From Octopus sinensis (taxonomy: Eukaryota), in the NCBI RefSeq assembly GCF_006345805.1, contig NC_043009.1, forward strand, positions 42,656,001 through 42,720,000: a DNA stretch of 64,000 bases, written 5' to 3'. Within the stretch, counting starts at the first letter, position 1, and every line of letters begins with the position of its first letter. Both the position numbers and the translations under genes were made by a program. Under the pieces are notes generated by a model that made no database searches, was not told where the DNA came from, and was given only the letters and a program-made list of their open reading frames with translations. This document shows, in pieces, positions 51,871 through 64,000 of this stretch.

Positions 51871-52337
51871 TGGCAGTTGATGGAGCCTATTTTATGTACA
51901 TTTGTGGTGTTTATTATACCTGTGCATCTTCCACATACAAAAGCTATTTTCCCTGTATTAAGCATGCAGGCTCACAGACATTGACCTTTCCTTGTTGAAT
52001 TAATTTATACCAACTTAATTTATATCAGCCATACTAATCCTAATTCAAACAGGTCAAAGGGTGCAAATCTTAATTTTCTTTTCCCTCATTCCACATTTTT
52101 CTTTTACCTTCCTCTTGTCCTTTCTCATGTTTTTTCCAAGACCAGACATGTTATATATCTGAGTCTGAAAGATTGCTTGGAAACATATATAAGGTTATCA
52201 AATCATCGTGATTTAACTGCTTGAAACTAAGAGCAGCTCGAATTTAAATCCTGCGTACATAAAATTATATTGATCTCTCATTGGATGGAGTATTTTTTTT
52301 ATTGTTGTTGATCACACAAATTGTGCAAAACTACATC

Positions 52338-52367
<30 letters not shown>

Positions 52368-52371
<4 letters not shown>

Positions 52372-52525
52372 CAGGCTTTTTTCAGTTTCCATCTAACAAA
52401 TCCACTCACAAGGCCTTGTCGGCCTGAGGCTATAGTAGAAGACACTAGCTCATGGTGTCATGCAATAGGGCTGAACCTGGAACCATGTAGTTGAGAAGCA
52501 AGCTTCTTACCACACAGCCACGCCT
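52368..52525 (-). mobile_element. SINE family A 5' half
   Basis: ggctatagtagaagacac..cttaccacacagccacgcctg. Confidence 0.8.
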
Positions 52526-53223
52526 GCACACACACACACAAACACACACACACATCCTAAATGGCAGAGTTGTGATTGTAACAAATAGGATGGTTTGCAG
52601 TATTTGCATTCCAAACATGCCAAATTTAACTTTGTCTTACATTCTCTTGAGGTTGATAAGATATAGTACCAGTCCAGATACTAGCATCAATGGTATCGTC
52701 TAACACCTTCCTCTCAAAATTACTGGTCTCATGGTGAAATCTGAAGCCATTGATATTATTGTTATAGCAACAATAATAGATATTAACCATGTAAAGTGCA
52801 AGAAACAGGGTAAGTTTCCAAAACTCTAATAACTAAAATGTTTCATAGAAGACATTTGCATACATCATGAAAAGTGTCTGACTTTATAAACAAGGGGCCC
52901 AAGGCTGGATCAAAGATATGAAGTTGTTTACATTAGTCCCTCAAACACACACACAAAAAAAATAATTAATAAATGAAGTGGTAAAAGAAAAGCAAGAGAT
53001 AGAAAAAGACTGTACTTCAGGTGAAAAGAGCTGATAAAGAATGAAGTTAAAGGCATCCTGTTTTAGAGTGAATTCCAACAGGGTTAGAGTAAAATCACAG
53101 ACGCGGAAGCTAAAAACCCTTTAGGGAGCAAGGGACACAGCAGTAAGTACAGTTCTGATTCAGTTCCTACATTGTTTCTAGATTTCGTTACAATAAACAA
53201 GATACAGCCTAAATTGTGCACGC

Positions 53224-53267
<44 letters not shown>

Positions 53268-53849
53268 CCGTGTGCACGTATGTATTTGTCTGTGTGTGGT
53301 TGCATGTCGGGAGTGGTAAAGATAAGTAACATTTCGATCTGTCTCGCAGATAAAACAAAGGGAAGGAAAACGTAGATCTAAATCAAGATGGTATTTTACG
53401 TGTTTTCTTGTTCTTTACAGCGAATTAAGAAACTTTTCGAGTCCCTTCTTAGTCCCTCACATTTTTGTCTTCTTCCTTCATATTTATCAATACTTATTAT
53501 ATTTTCATTTGTTTTTTTTACTTTTAGACTTTTAGTTTATATTATTATTATATTATACGATATTATGTTATGTTCTCTTATGTTATTTATTTATAGTTAT
53601 TTAGTTCTCCATGGAAATATTTCACCATTTATGCATCGAGGCAAGTTTTGCAGAAAAAAACAACAGCCAGTTTCTTTCTCTCATTCTCACCACCACCACC
53701 ACCACCACCACCACCGCCACACCCTGCATCACATTTTTTCTTTAGCCCCATTTTTTCATTATTATGCATTATTTTTATTATTTTTATTGTTGTTCTTATA
53801 CTTATTGTTCTTTGCTTCTTATGATATTTATATTTCTATATTTACCTAT

Positions 53850-54250
<401 letters not shown>

Positions 54251-54779
54251 GTATGTATATTTTGTGGGTATTATTATTTGCTTCTTAGAATCTTTTGAAA
54301 TGAAACATAAGAACTGCGAATATCTTTATATCCTTATATATCTTGAATTTCCCAGAAAGAATATAATTACAGGGGTCCATGCATTCTTTACCATTTTTTC
54401 CTTTTCTTTTTTATATTTCTTCTATGATGATTTTGGCACAGTCTCGTCAGATTGTTAGTGAATAAGAATAAGAATATAGCCGTTACTTGCAGGAGGGTAA
54501 GGGAGAGATATCTGGTCAGTTTCTTTATTTGTACATATTTCCCACTTTCCCACAGAGTTTATAACATTTTTCTCAAAGAAATGTCTGCAAAATTCTTAAT
54601 TCTGTTTTGCTCCCTTTTTATTTTTTTTGCTTTTGTTTTTGTTTATTGTGCAATTGGTCTTTTGTTGGAACTTAACAGAAAGCTACATAAGAACAAGAAA
54701 GGTAATAAATTCATATTTAGAAAATCACAATTTGAAGAAGTTTTGCATTACAGTATCATTGATCTAAGTTATCATGTTC

Positions 54780-55590
54780 AATTTTTGCTAACCAGATGAC
54801 CTAATTGGCAGTGGAGGAGATTGTATAGAATGTGAGATTGCTAGAATAAGAATAAAATGGAGAGAGTTCAGAGAGCTTTTACCTCTATTGGTGACCAAAA
54901 GTCTTTCTCTCTGAGTGAAGGGAAGATTATACGATGCGTGTGTATGAGCTACGATACTGCATGGTAGTGAGACATGGGCCTTGAATATGGGGGACATGTA
55001 AAGGCTGGAGAGGAATGAAGCTGGTATGCTCTGCTGGATGTGCAAGATCAGTGTGCATGTGCAACACAGAACTGGTGTATTGAGGGAGAAGTTGGGCATA
55101 AGAGGAATTATTTACTGTGTGTAAGAGAGGAGACTGTTCTAGTTTGGTCATGTGATGTGGATGGGTAAGGACAGTTGCAAGTGGAAGGAAGTTGTGGAAG
55201 AGGGAGACCCAGGAAGATATGGGACAAAGTATTGAAGGCCAATCTCAGAACACTAAACCTTACAAAGGAGATGACAGAGATCTGAGACATGTGGCACACT
55301 GCTGTACTAGAGAAGACCCACCCACCACAACAGAATTGAGACCCTAAAAACAAGGTACCTCGTAAAAAGTGCTATGTGGGTGCTAGTACCATATAAAAAG
55401 CACTGGTGCTGGTACCACATAAAAAGCACCCAGTACATTCTGTGGAGGTTGGTATTAGGAAATGCATCCAGCCTTAGAAACCATGCCAGAAAAGACAATG
55501 GAGTCTGGAGCAGCCCCTGACCTTGCCAGTTCCTGTTAAGTGATCCAACACTCGCCAGCATGGAAAACAGGGGTTAAATGATGATGGTAA
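54780..55590 (+). mobile_element. RTE LINE 3' region with 3' UTR
   Basis: WRRFRELLPLL..LYDACV..LHGSETWAL..LERNEA.MLCWMC..GHVM..GRGRPRKIW; tail aaatgatgatg. Confidence 0.85.
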
Positions 55591-55644
55591 TTATTAGTTA
55601 ATTTTTTTCTATACTCTTTTTCTGGGAAGAGGTCAATACAGAGT

Positions 55645-56080
55645 ATCTTTTATCTTCTATCTTTGATCTCCTTTCAGCAACTGGGTGGTGGCCATGCTTG
55701 GGCACCACCTCGAAGAATTTTAGTCAAACTGATCGACCCTGGTACTTATTTTGTTTTTAAGCCTAGTCCTTATTATATCGGTCTCATTTGCTGAACTGCA
55801 AAGTTACAGAGATATAAACACACTAACATCAGTTGTCAAGTATTGGTTGGGGGCAAACACAGAAGCAAAGACAACTAGACACACATATACACACACACAC
55901 ATACGCACACATGTACACATATGTAAATAGACAACAGGCTTCTTTCAGTTTCCATCAAACAAATCTACTCACAAGGCTTTGGTTGACCTGAAGCTATGGT
56001 AGAAGACACTTGCCCAAGTGGGAGAGAACCTGGAAATATGTGGTTGGGAAGCAAACTTCTTACCACACAGCCACGCCTGT
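55645..56080 (-). mobile_element. SINE family A, diverged full copy
   Basis: Family core and tail on the minus strand. Confidence 0.8.
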
Positions 56081-56164
56081 GCCTATATTAAAAGAAAAAC
56101 AAAATATTAGGTTTATAAACTGAAAACAATCTAATCAAAGTGAACTATGGCTATGGTCAGTTAC

Positions 56165-56639
56165 CACCATGTAAAGGTACATCAAAAGTACATCAGAGTA
56201 CCTCTATCTACAGCATAATAGGGTACCTCCATCTAAGGTACAGTCTTTTCTGCTCTAAGCACAAGGCCCAAAATTTTGTGGAGAGGGCCAGTCGATTAGG
56301 TCGACACCAGTACACAACTGGTACTTAATTTATTGACCCCGAAAGGAAGAAAGGCAAAGTTGACCTTGGCGGAATTTGAACTCGGAATGTAATGGCAGAC
56401 AAAATACCACTAAGTATTTCGCCCGCTGTGCTAATGTTTCTGCCAGCTCGCTGCCTTATCTAAGGTACAGTAGAATACCCCAGTCAGTGATATGGCAGAG
56501 TACCTCCAGTTAAAGTACAAAAGGGACATTTTCGTATAAGGAACAGTAAAATACCTCTGTCTGTGATATTACAGTAATTCTAGTTAAAGTATAGAAGGGT
56601 ACCTTGATATAAGGTACATCAGGGTACCTTCCTCTATAG
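56165..56639. repeat. Degenerate ~24-25-nt minisatellite, split by a SINE B insertion (56245-56457, minus, 14-bp TSD)
   Basis: Units like aaggtacatcagggtacctccatct; TSD atctaaggtacagt at 56231-56244 and 56458-56471. Confidence 0.75.
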
Positions 56640-56833
56640 CAGTGGTTCCCAACCTTTGTTATGCCCCACACCCATAAAATCTTTTAATATGTTTTTGCAC
56701 CCCTTATATAAGAATAATGGTGCCTGAGGCAATTACTCTGTTTGACCCCTTAGAAATCCTGCCCTGGTCACACCCCCTGGAATGCTATCTCACACCCCTT
56801 ACAGGTGCGAGCACTCCTGATGGGGAAACCCTG
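56640..56833. mobile_element. hAT (Charlie-like) MITE
   Basis: TIR cagtggttccca / tggggaaaccctg; 8-bp flanks ctctatag / atctacag (6/8). Confidence 0.65.
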
Positions 56834-56849
56834 ATCTACAGTATAGATG

Positions 56850-57450
56850 ATTACATCAAGCCATTGCTGATATGAGACAAGGTCTCTGATAGACTGGAAC
56901 ACCTCTACTTTCGAATGTTGGGCCTCACAGAGGCAATGACGAAAGACTGAGACCTCTGGAGATATGCTGTGACTGCGAAGACCTGCCATATGAAGTGAGT
57001 TCATGGCTTGCAGGACGGCCTGCTGTGCTTACCTTGGATCATAGGGTGACCTGCTGTGCTTGAGGAGACCTATTGAGTCAAGTACATCAACAACAAAATA
57101 AAAATTAAATGGAAATTGTAGTAGTGATACCCGTGCTGGTGGCACGTAAAAAGCACCATCCGAACGTAGCCAATGCTAGTGTTGCCTTTGACTGGCGTCC
57201 ATGCCAGTAGCATGTGAAAAGCATCAACCAATTGTGGCTTTGCTAGCCTCCTCTGGTCCCTGTGCCGGTGGCACGTAAAAAGCACCCACTACACTTGCGG
57301 AGTGGTTAGCGTTAGGAAAGGCATCCAGCAGTAGAAACACTGTCAGATCAGACTGGAGCCTGGTGCAGCCTCCTGGCTTCCCGGACTCCAGTCGAACCAT
57401 CCAACCGATGCTAGCATGGAAAACGGACGTTAAACGATGATGATGATGAG
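56850..57450 (+). mobile_element. RTE LINE 3' tip with 3' UTR and (GAT)n tail
   Basis: LRMLGLTEAMT..RDLWRYAVTAKT; gcgttaggaaaggcatccagc..aaacgatgatgatga. Confidence 0.8.
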
Positions 57451-57542
57451 GACGAATATGATATTTAGCATCTAATAAACTGCTTGTACTGTGAGTGCTA
57501 CAATATCACAGCTGTTGTTTTGACCACTTGTACTCAGTAAGA

Positions 57543-57784
57543 GTGGAGGCACATGGCTTAGTGGTTAGGATGTTGGATTCATGATCGTAAGATTGTGCTT
57601 TCAGTTTCAGGACCAGGTGACAAATTGTGTTCTTGACCAAAACCCTTCATTTCACCTTGCTCCAGTCCACTCAGCTGGCAAAAATGATTATTCCTGCAAC
57701 AGACCAGTGTCCCGTCCATTGTGTACGGATTATGTACACAATGAAACTGAGAAACCAGCTCTTATGACCTGGCATTCCTTGAGA
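57543..57784 (+). mobile_element. SINE family D
   Basis: gtggaggcacatggcttagtggttagg..ccactcagctggcaaaaatga. Confidence 0.8.
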
Positions 57785-58458
57785 AGGTAACTTTACTTTA
57801 TTTGTACTCAAAGAATTAAAGGATTTTTTAATGACATGAACCTCTACTGCTGCATGCTCATCAAAATTTAGTCCTTCAAAAACCCAAGATTTCAACATTA
57901 GATATAAACTTAGGTAATTCATTCTTCATTGATTATTTCCAAAGACTGCAAGGGTAAATAAGTGTAAAGGAAATGTATAATGAACAAACTATAGAATTAG
58001 AGGAAACTGGTGCCAGTCTACATTGATAAGAAATGCTTTACAAAAATTAATGAAATAATATAAGTTGTTGTTTTGAGAGAAGAGGTGAATTTTGACATTC
58101 CAGGCAGGAAATCTCCTGACAGTCTTACATTATTATGCATGAAATGACAGTAGTTACTGGAACATGTCTAATATAAGAGTGATTTTTTTTTCTTTCTCAT
58201 GACTTAATTTTAAAGATTAATTCTAATTTAAAGTATTAATTACTTGTGGCATTACTAGATTGTTGAAATGTTATTACTATTTTTGAGTACCTTACCCTTC
58301 TCAGCTTGAATAAGAATATGGTAAATCAGTAGTCAATTAAAGAATCATTACATCAGCCTTTCTTGCTTTTGAACATTTTATATTTCTTGAGATACATACT
58401 ATCTTAAGACACAGAACCTGAGAAATGTAATCTCTATTTTTTTAAATAATATCATGTA

Positions 58459-59025
58459 TTGGGTTGTCTGGAAAGTTCATGCCGATTTATAATTAGCTTA
58501 CCTTTCAACTTATTTCAGAACATGGTTGAGTCCATAAAATAGGATTTGACTACAGCTCCATTTAGAACACAGTTTAAGCTATCTTTTCATAGAAGAAGGT
58601 TTATGTTCCTATAACCTGTGTTAATTTTGTAACCCTTTAAAATAGAAGATAAGAAAGTTCATTTTCGGCACTTGATGCTTTGGGAACCAGACAAAAATTG
58701 CTGCAGCTCAGCTGGGATGTGTTACCCTACCCTCCATATTCACCAGATATTGCTCCTTCGGATTTCCACTTATTCAGGTCTCTGCAGAATAGTCTTAATG
58801 GTAAAAATTTCAATTCATTGGATGACGTAAAATGAAACCTTGATGAATTCTTTGCCATGAAACCACCTCAATTCTGGGAAGAGGGTATTTTCAAGTTAAA
58901 GGAAAGATGGAGATGCATTGGGCAACAAAATGGTTCATATTTGGTTGATTAAAAATGTAATGGCAAATATTTATTGACCTTTTACTTTCCTTTAAAAATC
59001 AGCAAGAACTTTCCGGACAACCCAA
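58459..59025 (+). mobile_element. Internally deleted mariner (567 bp) with 30-bp TIRs and TA TSD
   Basis: ta|ttgggttgtctggaaagttcatgccgattt ... aaatcagcaagaactttccggacaacccaa|ta; YSPDIAPSDFHLFRSLQNSL..FWEEGIFKLKERWR..QNGSY. Confidence 0.95.
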
Positions 59026-59138
59026 TACTTATTTAGTGTCAGGTCATCTCTAATTGAATAAATATATGGTCAAATAAGTTCCAGCTAGGACTAATCTGTC
59101 TGTCTATATATATCTAGGGTACAATGTCTATTGTTATA

Positions 59139-59852
59139 TCTTTTAGTTGATTAATTCATTGGACTGTGGCCATGCTGGGACACCACCTTTAGAGGTTTTT
59201 AGTCAAATGGATCAACTTTTGGTTTTGGGCCCAGTACATATTCGAACAGTCTATTTCATCAAACTGCTAAGTAATGAGGACACAAACAAACCAATGCCAG
59301 TTTTCAAATAATGCTGGGTGACAAACTCAAAGACACAGACTGGCGATTTTCTTTCTTTGTCTTCCTTTCCTTGAACTTTTCCTTTTTTTTCTATATTCTA
59401 CTCGAAACGTTAAATTCTCCTTCTTTCTTTGCTTTCCTGAGCATCCAATAACACTATACTTGTTCCATGTCCTCGCGTTGTTGTGTTTTCTCTTTATTTA
59501 TGTTTGGATTAATCATATATATATATATATAGACATATGATATAATATTATATATATCTATCTATATATAATATAATATAAGGCACTAAAAGAGAATGAC
59601 TCTCCACACACAAAGCATAATATAATATAGATATAGATATAGATATAGATATATATAATATAATATGATACACAAACACACACACACACACACATGACAG
59701 GCTTCATTCAGTTTCCATCTACTAAATCCACTCAGAAGGATTTGGTCAGTCCAAGGCTACAGTAGAATACACTTGCCTAAGGTACCATACAGTGGAACTG
59801 AACCCAGAACCACGTGGGTGGGAAGTAAACCTCTTACCATCCAGCCACACTT
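59139..59852 (-). mobile_element. SINE family A interrupted by a Penelope-terminal-like insert (~59340-59510)
   Basis: 3' half ~59139-59340, 5' half ~59695-59852; the insert resembles the 6660-6835 repeat and keeps ctcgaaacgtta but lacks CUGAUGA. Confidence 0.65.
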
Positions 59853-60142
59853 GTTCATCATATTTTAAATAGTAGGCTGTTAGTTGAGGTCATTTTTCTG
59901 CTATTTCTAACAACTTGAGCAATTGCACAGAAACTCCTTTGTTGGCTCATGATGAAAGTAAAGTAATTTGGATCCAACCAGTAACTGAATCAGGGCTGCA
60001 GGAATATTTCATTGAATCAATGAAGTATCTTCATTGTGATCTATCAACCAATTAGATACAACAGCCATGTATATCTAAAACTTCACCCTTTCCTCTTCAT
60101 TGCTATACAATCACTTGTATATAAGAAACCCACTGTGTATAG

Positions 60143-60173
<31 letters not shown>

Positions 60174-60176
<3 letters not shown>

Positions 60177-60335
60177 GGAGAATTCACAAAAAAACAAAAG
60201 AGGAAGACAGGTGGTGAAGATCACAAACAGAAGTATTAGTTTAATGCTTGGGAACTGAAAACGTCTATAACGTTTCAAGCCTACGATCTTCCACTGAAAG
60301 GAACACAGAAAGAAACAAGGAAAGAAAATAATTAA
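60174..60335 (-). repeat. Terminal remnant with variant hammerhead motif (60265-60300)
   Basis: CUUU CAGUGGA A GAUC GUAG GCUU GAAAC GUU; same family as 27595 and 61058. Confidence 0.55.
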
Positions 60336-60591
60336 ATAAATAAATATATGTGTGTGTATGTGTGTGTGTGTATGTGTGTATACATGTATATGTATTTGTT
60401 TATAATTTTTTTAACGAAACACATAGATTGTGTAGAAGTGTTCAATTGAATATTTCTATATATTTTTATATTTCTAATATATAAATATATATTTTAATTT
60501 GGATAATCCTTATTTTATCTTAACTAAATCCGTAAATTTATGTGTTAATCGTAATCTGCCTGATTTGAGCTTTTTCCATTCTGTCCACTAT

Positions 60592-60659
<68 letters not shown>

Positions 60660-60699
60660 ACACACATACACACACACACACACACACAAACGCACGCAC

Positions 60700-60890
60700 A
60701 CATATTGTCCTTGCGTCCGAAACGCGGAGTAGATAAAACAGGGACAACTGATGAAGGGGAATATTCTTTATGTTGCATATCTCGTTTCTCTCTCTTTTTT
60801 TCATTGTTTGAAAAAGTTCATTTTCTATGTTTTGATTTTATGTTTCTGTTTCTCATTGTGTTCAACGTTTTTTGATGTCTGTACCATATA
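60700..60890 (+). repeat. Dispersed repeat related to 26390-26565
   Basis: See the 26390 entry; lies between (CA)n and (TA)n. Confidence 0.55.
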
Positions 60891-60907
60891 TGCATGTATA
60901 TATATAT

Positions 60908-60981
<74 letters not shown>

Positions 60982-60991
60982 ATATTATATA

Positions 60992-61059
<68 letters not shown>

Positions 61060-61149
61060 GGAGAGTTTACGAAAAACACAAAAGACGAAGACAGGTGGTG
61101 TACAAAACAAACAGATGTATTGGTATAACGCTCAGGAATAGAAAAAAGT

Positions 61150-61185
61150 CTTTTACATTTCGAGCCTACGCTCTTCTACAGAAAG
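61150..61185 (-). ncRNA. Hammerhead-like motif with CUGUAGA core, in a terminal remnant (61058-61230)
   Basis: CUUU CUGUAGA A GAGC GUAG GCUC GAAAU GUA AAAG; all three stems pair. Confidence 0.6.
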
Positions 61186-61239
61186 GGACACAGAAAAAAA
61201 ACAAGGAGAGAGAAAAATGTGTGTAGTGGCTATATATAT

Positions 61240-61400
61240 AGTGGGCTTCTTTTAGTTTCTGTCCACGAATTCTATCTACTCACAAGATTTTAGTTGGACT
61301 AGGGCAATAGTAGAAGACATTTGCACAAGGTACCAAGCAGTGAGACTGAACCCAAGATCATATGGTTCGAAAGCAAAGTTATTACCGCACAGCAAAATTT
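61240..61400 (-). mobile_element. SINE family A 5' half
   Basis: gtagaagacatttgcacaaggtacc..actgaaccc. Confidence 0.75.
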
Positions 61401-61576
61401 ATCATGACATACATTCCGTATCACTGTAAAGCAAACACACACACACACACTCATTAAATAATGTAATCTGAAAGACTGTATTCTTGATAAGTAAAGATTT
61501 ATGACTGCTGTTTGTATTTCTTTCATTAGAAATAGGTTTGATTAGGGTTGGCCAAGAGCTAAACAACAACAACTTT

Positions 61577-62127
61577 GTGGCGGCGCAATGGCCCAGTGGT
61601 TAGGGCAGCGAACTCGCGTTCGTAAGAACGCGGTTTCGATTCCCAGACTGGGCATTGTGAGTGTTTATTGAGTAAAAACACCTAAGCTTCACGAAGCCCC
61701 TTTGGGGGAGGGGGTTAACCCCACTGTACTCTTTCACCACAACTTTCTCTTACTCTTTCTTCCTACTTCTGCCACAAAGCAGAGAAATCATAGTGTAACC
61801 CACTATGGTGTGGTAGACTTTCAGACCCTGGTCTAGATGGTGAATCCTCTGTACCCCAGGATCGTTCAGCTCTCCACCCGTTAAAAGCCAATGCTTACGG
61901 AATGAGGATAACAACGTAGCTTTCGCGCCCATGCAACCGCCAGTCTATTGCGTGTGGTAGGTTGATCTTCAATTTGCTACACGCATTCTTTGTAGCTTAC
62001 AGTAGGCTCGAATTAGAGATTATTCTTTGTGGCTAATGGCATGAGTCCTGATTGGAAGAAGAAGAAGAAGAAGAAGAAGAAGAAGAAGAAGAAGAAGAAG
62101 AAGAAGAAAAAGAAGAAGACGACGACA
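61577..62127 (+). mobile_element. SINE family C head followed by a different body ending in (GAA)n
   Basis: gcgcaatggcccagtggttagggcag..gtttcgattcccag head; GC-richer body 61770-62050; (GAA)n from ~62055. Confidence 0.65.
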
Positions 62128-63211
62128 ACAACTCTAGTGCTCCACTGTTGCATATTGACAATTTCTTAACTATAAAATTCGTAGGTTTATAAAACAATCA
62201 GATGAGATTATGCAATATTCATTCTCAGAATCAGGGATAACGTAAGATTAGCACCACAGGCAGAAAATGAAACTAGGTCTTGGGCTCAGCTTACCAGCTG
62301 ATCACGTCCCATTGACTGCATGTACTCAACCCCACTGCCACTACCACCAGTACTACCACCTCTGCTACAATAACCATCACCACCAACACCACAACTACCA
62401 CCCCTATTACCCATACAACTAACACCATCACTTCTACCCGCGCCGTCCTTACATACGGTGGCGACTATTTTCACTGGTATGTTTCCTTTTCATGTGTTAG
62501 ATATTTCATTTTGAAATAGTTCTTAATAAATAAAAATAATTAAACCAATTAAGAAAGATAAATTCAGGCAAAATAAATTTTTGGGTAGAAAGAAAGCAAA
62601 AAAAAAAAAAATAGAAAACATTTAAAAAATGAAAATTTTAGACTTGAACAGAGACGTAAAGAATTCTTAATTGTAAAACCCCAACCCGCTTCTGTACCAT
62701 AAGAATACTTTTCAGGTTTCTATAGAAAGCCATTTCGCTACTGTTTTAAATGCAACTAATCCCAACTAGTTCAGTTTCTGAAAAATTTATTTTTTTAGCA
62801 AACTTTATTTTTATTTTTTACCGTTTCTTTTCTCTTCTTTGACTTGACTAACAGCTTTAATTTCACCCACACCATAGTATCAGCTCTTGTTTCTTGTGTT
62901 CTCTCTCGTTTCCTTTCGTTCGTTCTCGCATGTACATTTTTTGTGTTTGTGTGTGTGTATGTGTGTGTGTGTGTGTGTGAGTGTGTGTGCGTGTGTGTAT
63001 GTATGCTTTCTGTGTGTGTGTATGTGGGGTTTTTTGGGGGTTTTTTTGTTGGTTTTTTTTTTTCTCTTTTCGAGGGAACATTGCTTCTTAGTACAAAATT
63101 TATCACTTGAAATTAATCCTTGAAAGCCAAAACAGTAAAAACAAACAACGCAAATTATGGGATTAACTTGGACTAGTTGTGATTGAACAATGTTTTAATA
63201 GCAAATCATTA

Positions 63212-63273
<62 letters not shown>

Positions 63274-64000
63274 ACACTCACACAAACAAAAAAACTCTTA
63301 ACCACACAATTAGTGTCATGCAGTCCCTTTCTTGTTTGATGCATTTTTCCCACGAGATTTAGCTGTATTTATAAACTAACAACGCCAACAAAGAATTACT
63401 TGGGTACAAAAACAGCTCTCGCAATACACCTCCTCTTTTTATTTGTTTATTTATTTATTTATTTATTTATTCATTCATTTGTGTAGTTATTTATTTATTT
63501 ATTTATTGTTTATTTATTTATTTATTTATTTATTCATTCATTTGTGTAGTTATTTATTTATTTATTTATTTGTTTATTTATATTAATGTAAAACGGAAAT
63601 GGATTCCAAGAGATGGAGGCAAGCAAATAATGACATGACCTTTGGGGGGGGGGGAGAACAGGGGTGCTCAGAAAGACAAGCAAAATAGTTTTTCTTTGTT
63701 GGGTCATCAAGAACACAAGCCAGAACAAATGGAATCGATATAAATTTGGTGCATAAGAGATTTGGTAACCAGGTCGTCCTGTTTTTGCAAAAATAAAAAT
63801 AAAAAATAATGATAATAATAATAATAATAATTGCTTAATTAAGCAGACTTACATCAAGTCATAAGAATTTGTTCAGCTATTTGTTTTGACAATGATCATT
63901 CATAAGAATTCTTTGACTGCGAAAGAATAAGCCAATTCCAATTGCTAGAATTTCTCAGTGCATTTTTTTTTTTATTCTTTTCTTTTTGCTGCTACAATCT

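Noticed and set aside
60700-60770. GAAAC..GUA..CUGAUGA as a permuted (type II) hammerhead
   Set aside because: No stem I can form between GUA and CUGAUGA in either copy (60700 or 26500), and no GAAA follows the downstream stem.
63451-63580. 63-nt tandem duplication in (ATTT)n
   Set aside because: Ordinary slippage inside a tetranucleotide repeat.

Overview
Eukaryotic, AT-rich, extremely microsatellite-dense DNA with one 100-N scaffold gap (35309-35408). The repeat content looks like an octopus or other coleoid cephalopod genome; this is inferred from the microsatellite load and from my memory of the SINE families, not from a search. I can support no intact protein-coding gene, rRNA, true tRNA or CRISPR array. 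Nearly all ORFs in the supplied track are translations of (TA)n/(CA)n/(ATT)n/(ACC)n repeats. The window is probably a large intron or intergenic DNA. It holds about 40 copies or fragments of four tRNA-headed SINE families (called A-D here), decayed LINEs (RTE, R4/Dong, L1/Tx1-like), a Penelope-like GIY-YIG remnant, Tc1/mariner relics, several MITEs and a probable gypsy integrase relic. The most interesting signal is a set of six minimal type I hammerhead-ribozyme motifs in Penelope-type terminal-repeat remnants, mostly next to (TA)n tracts. One is near-intact inside a perfect 74-bp palindrome (42257-42330), one lies in a tRNA-headed SINE-like element (29560-29858), and three belong to a family with a non-canonical CUGUNGA core. 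Other notable structure includes head-to-tail SINE arrays joined by (TTA)n and combinatorial head/tail swapping between SINE families. Repeat boundaries are approximate unless defined by TIRs or TSDs.
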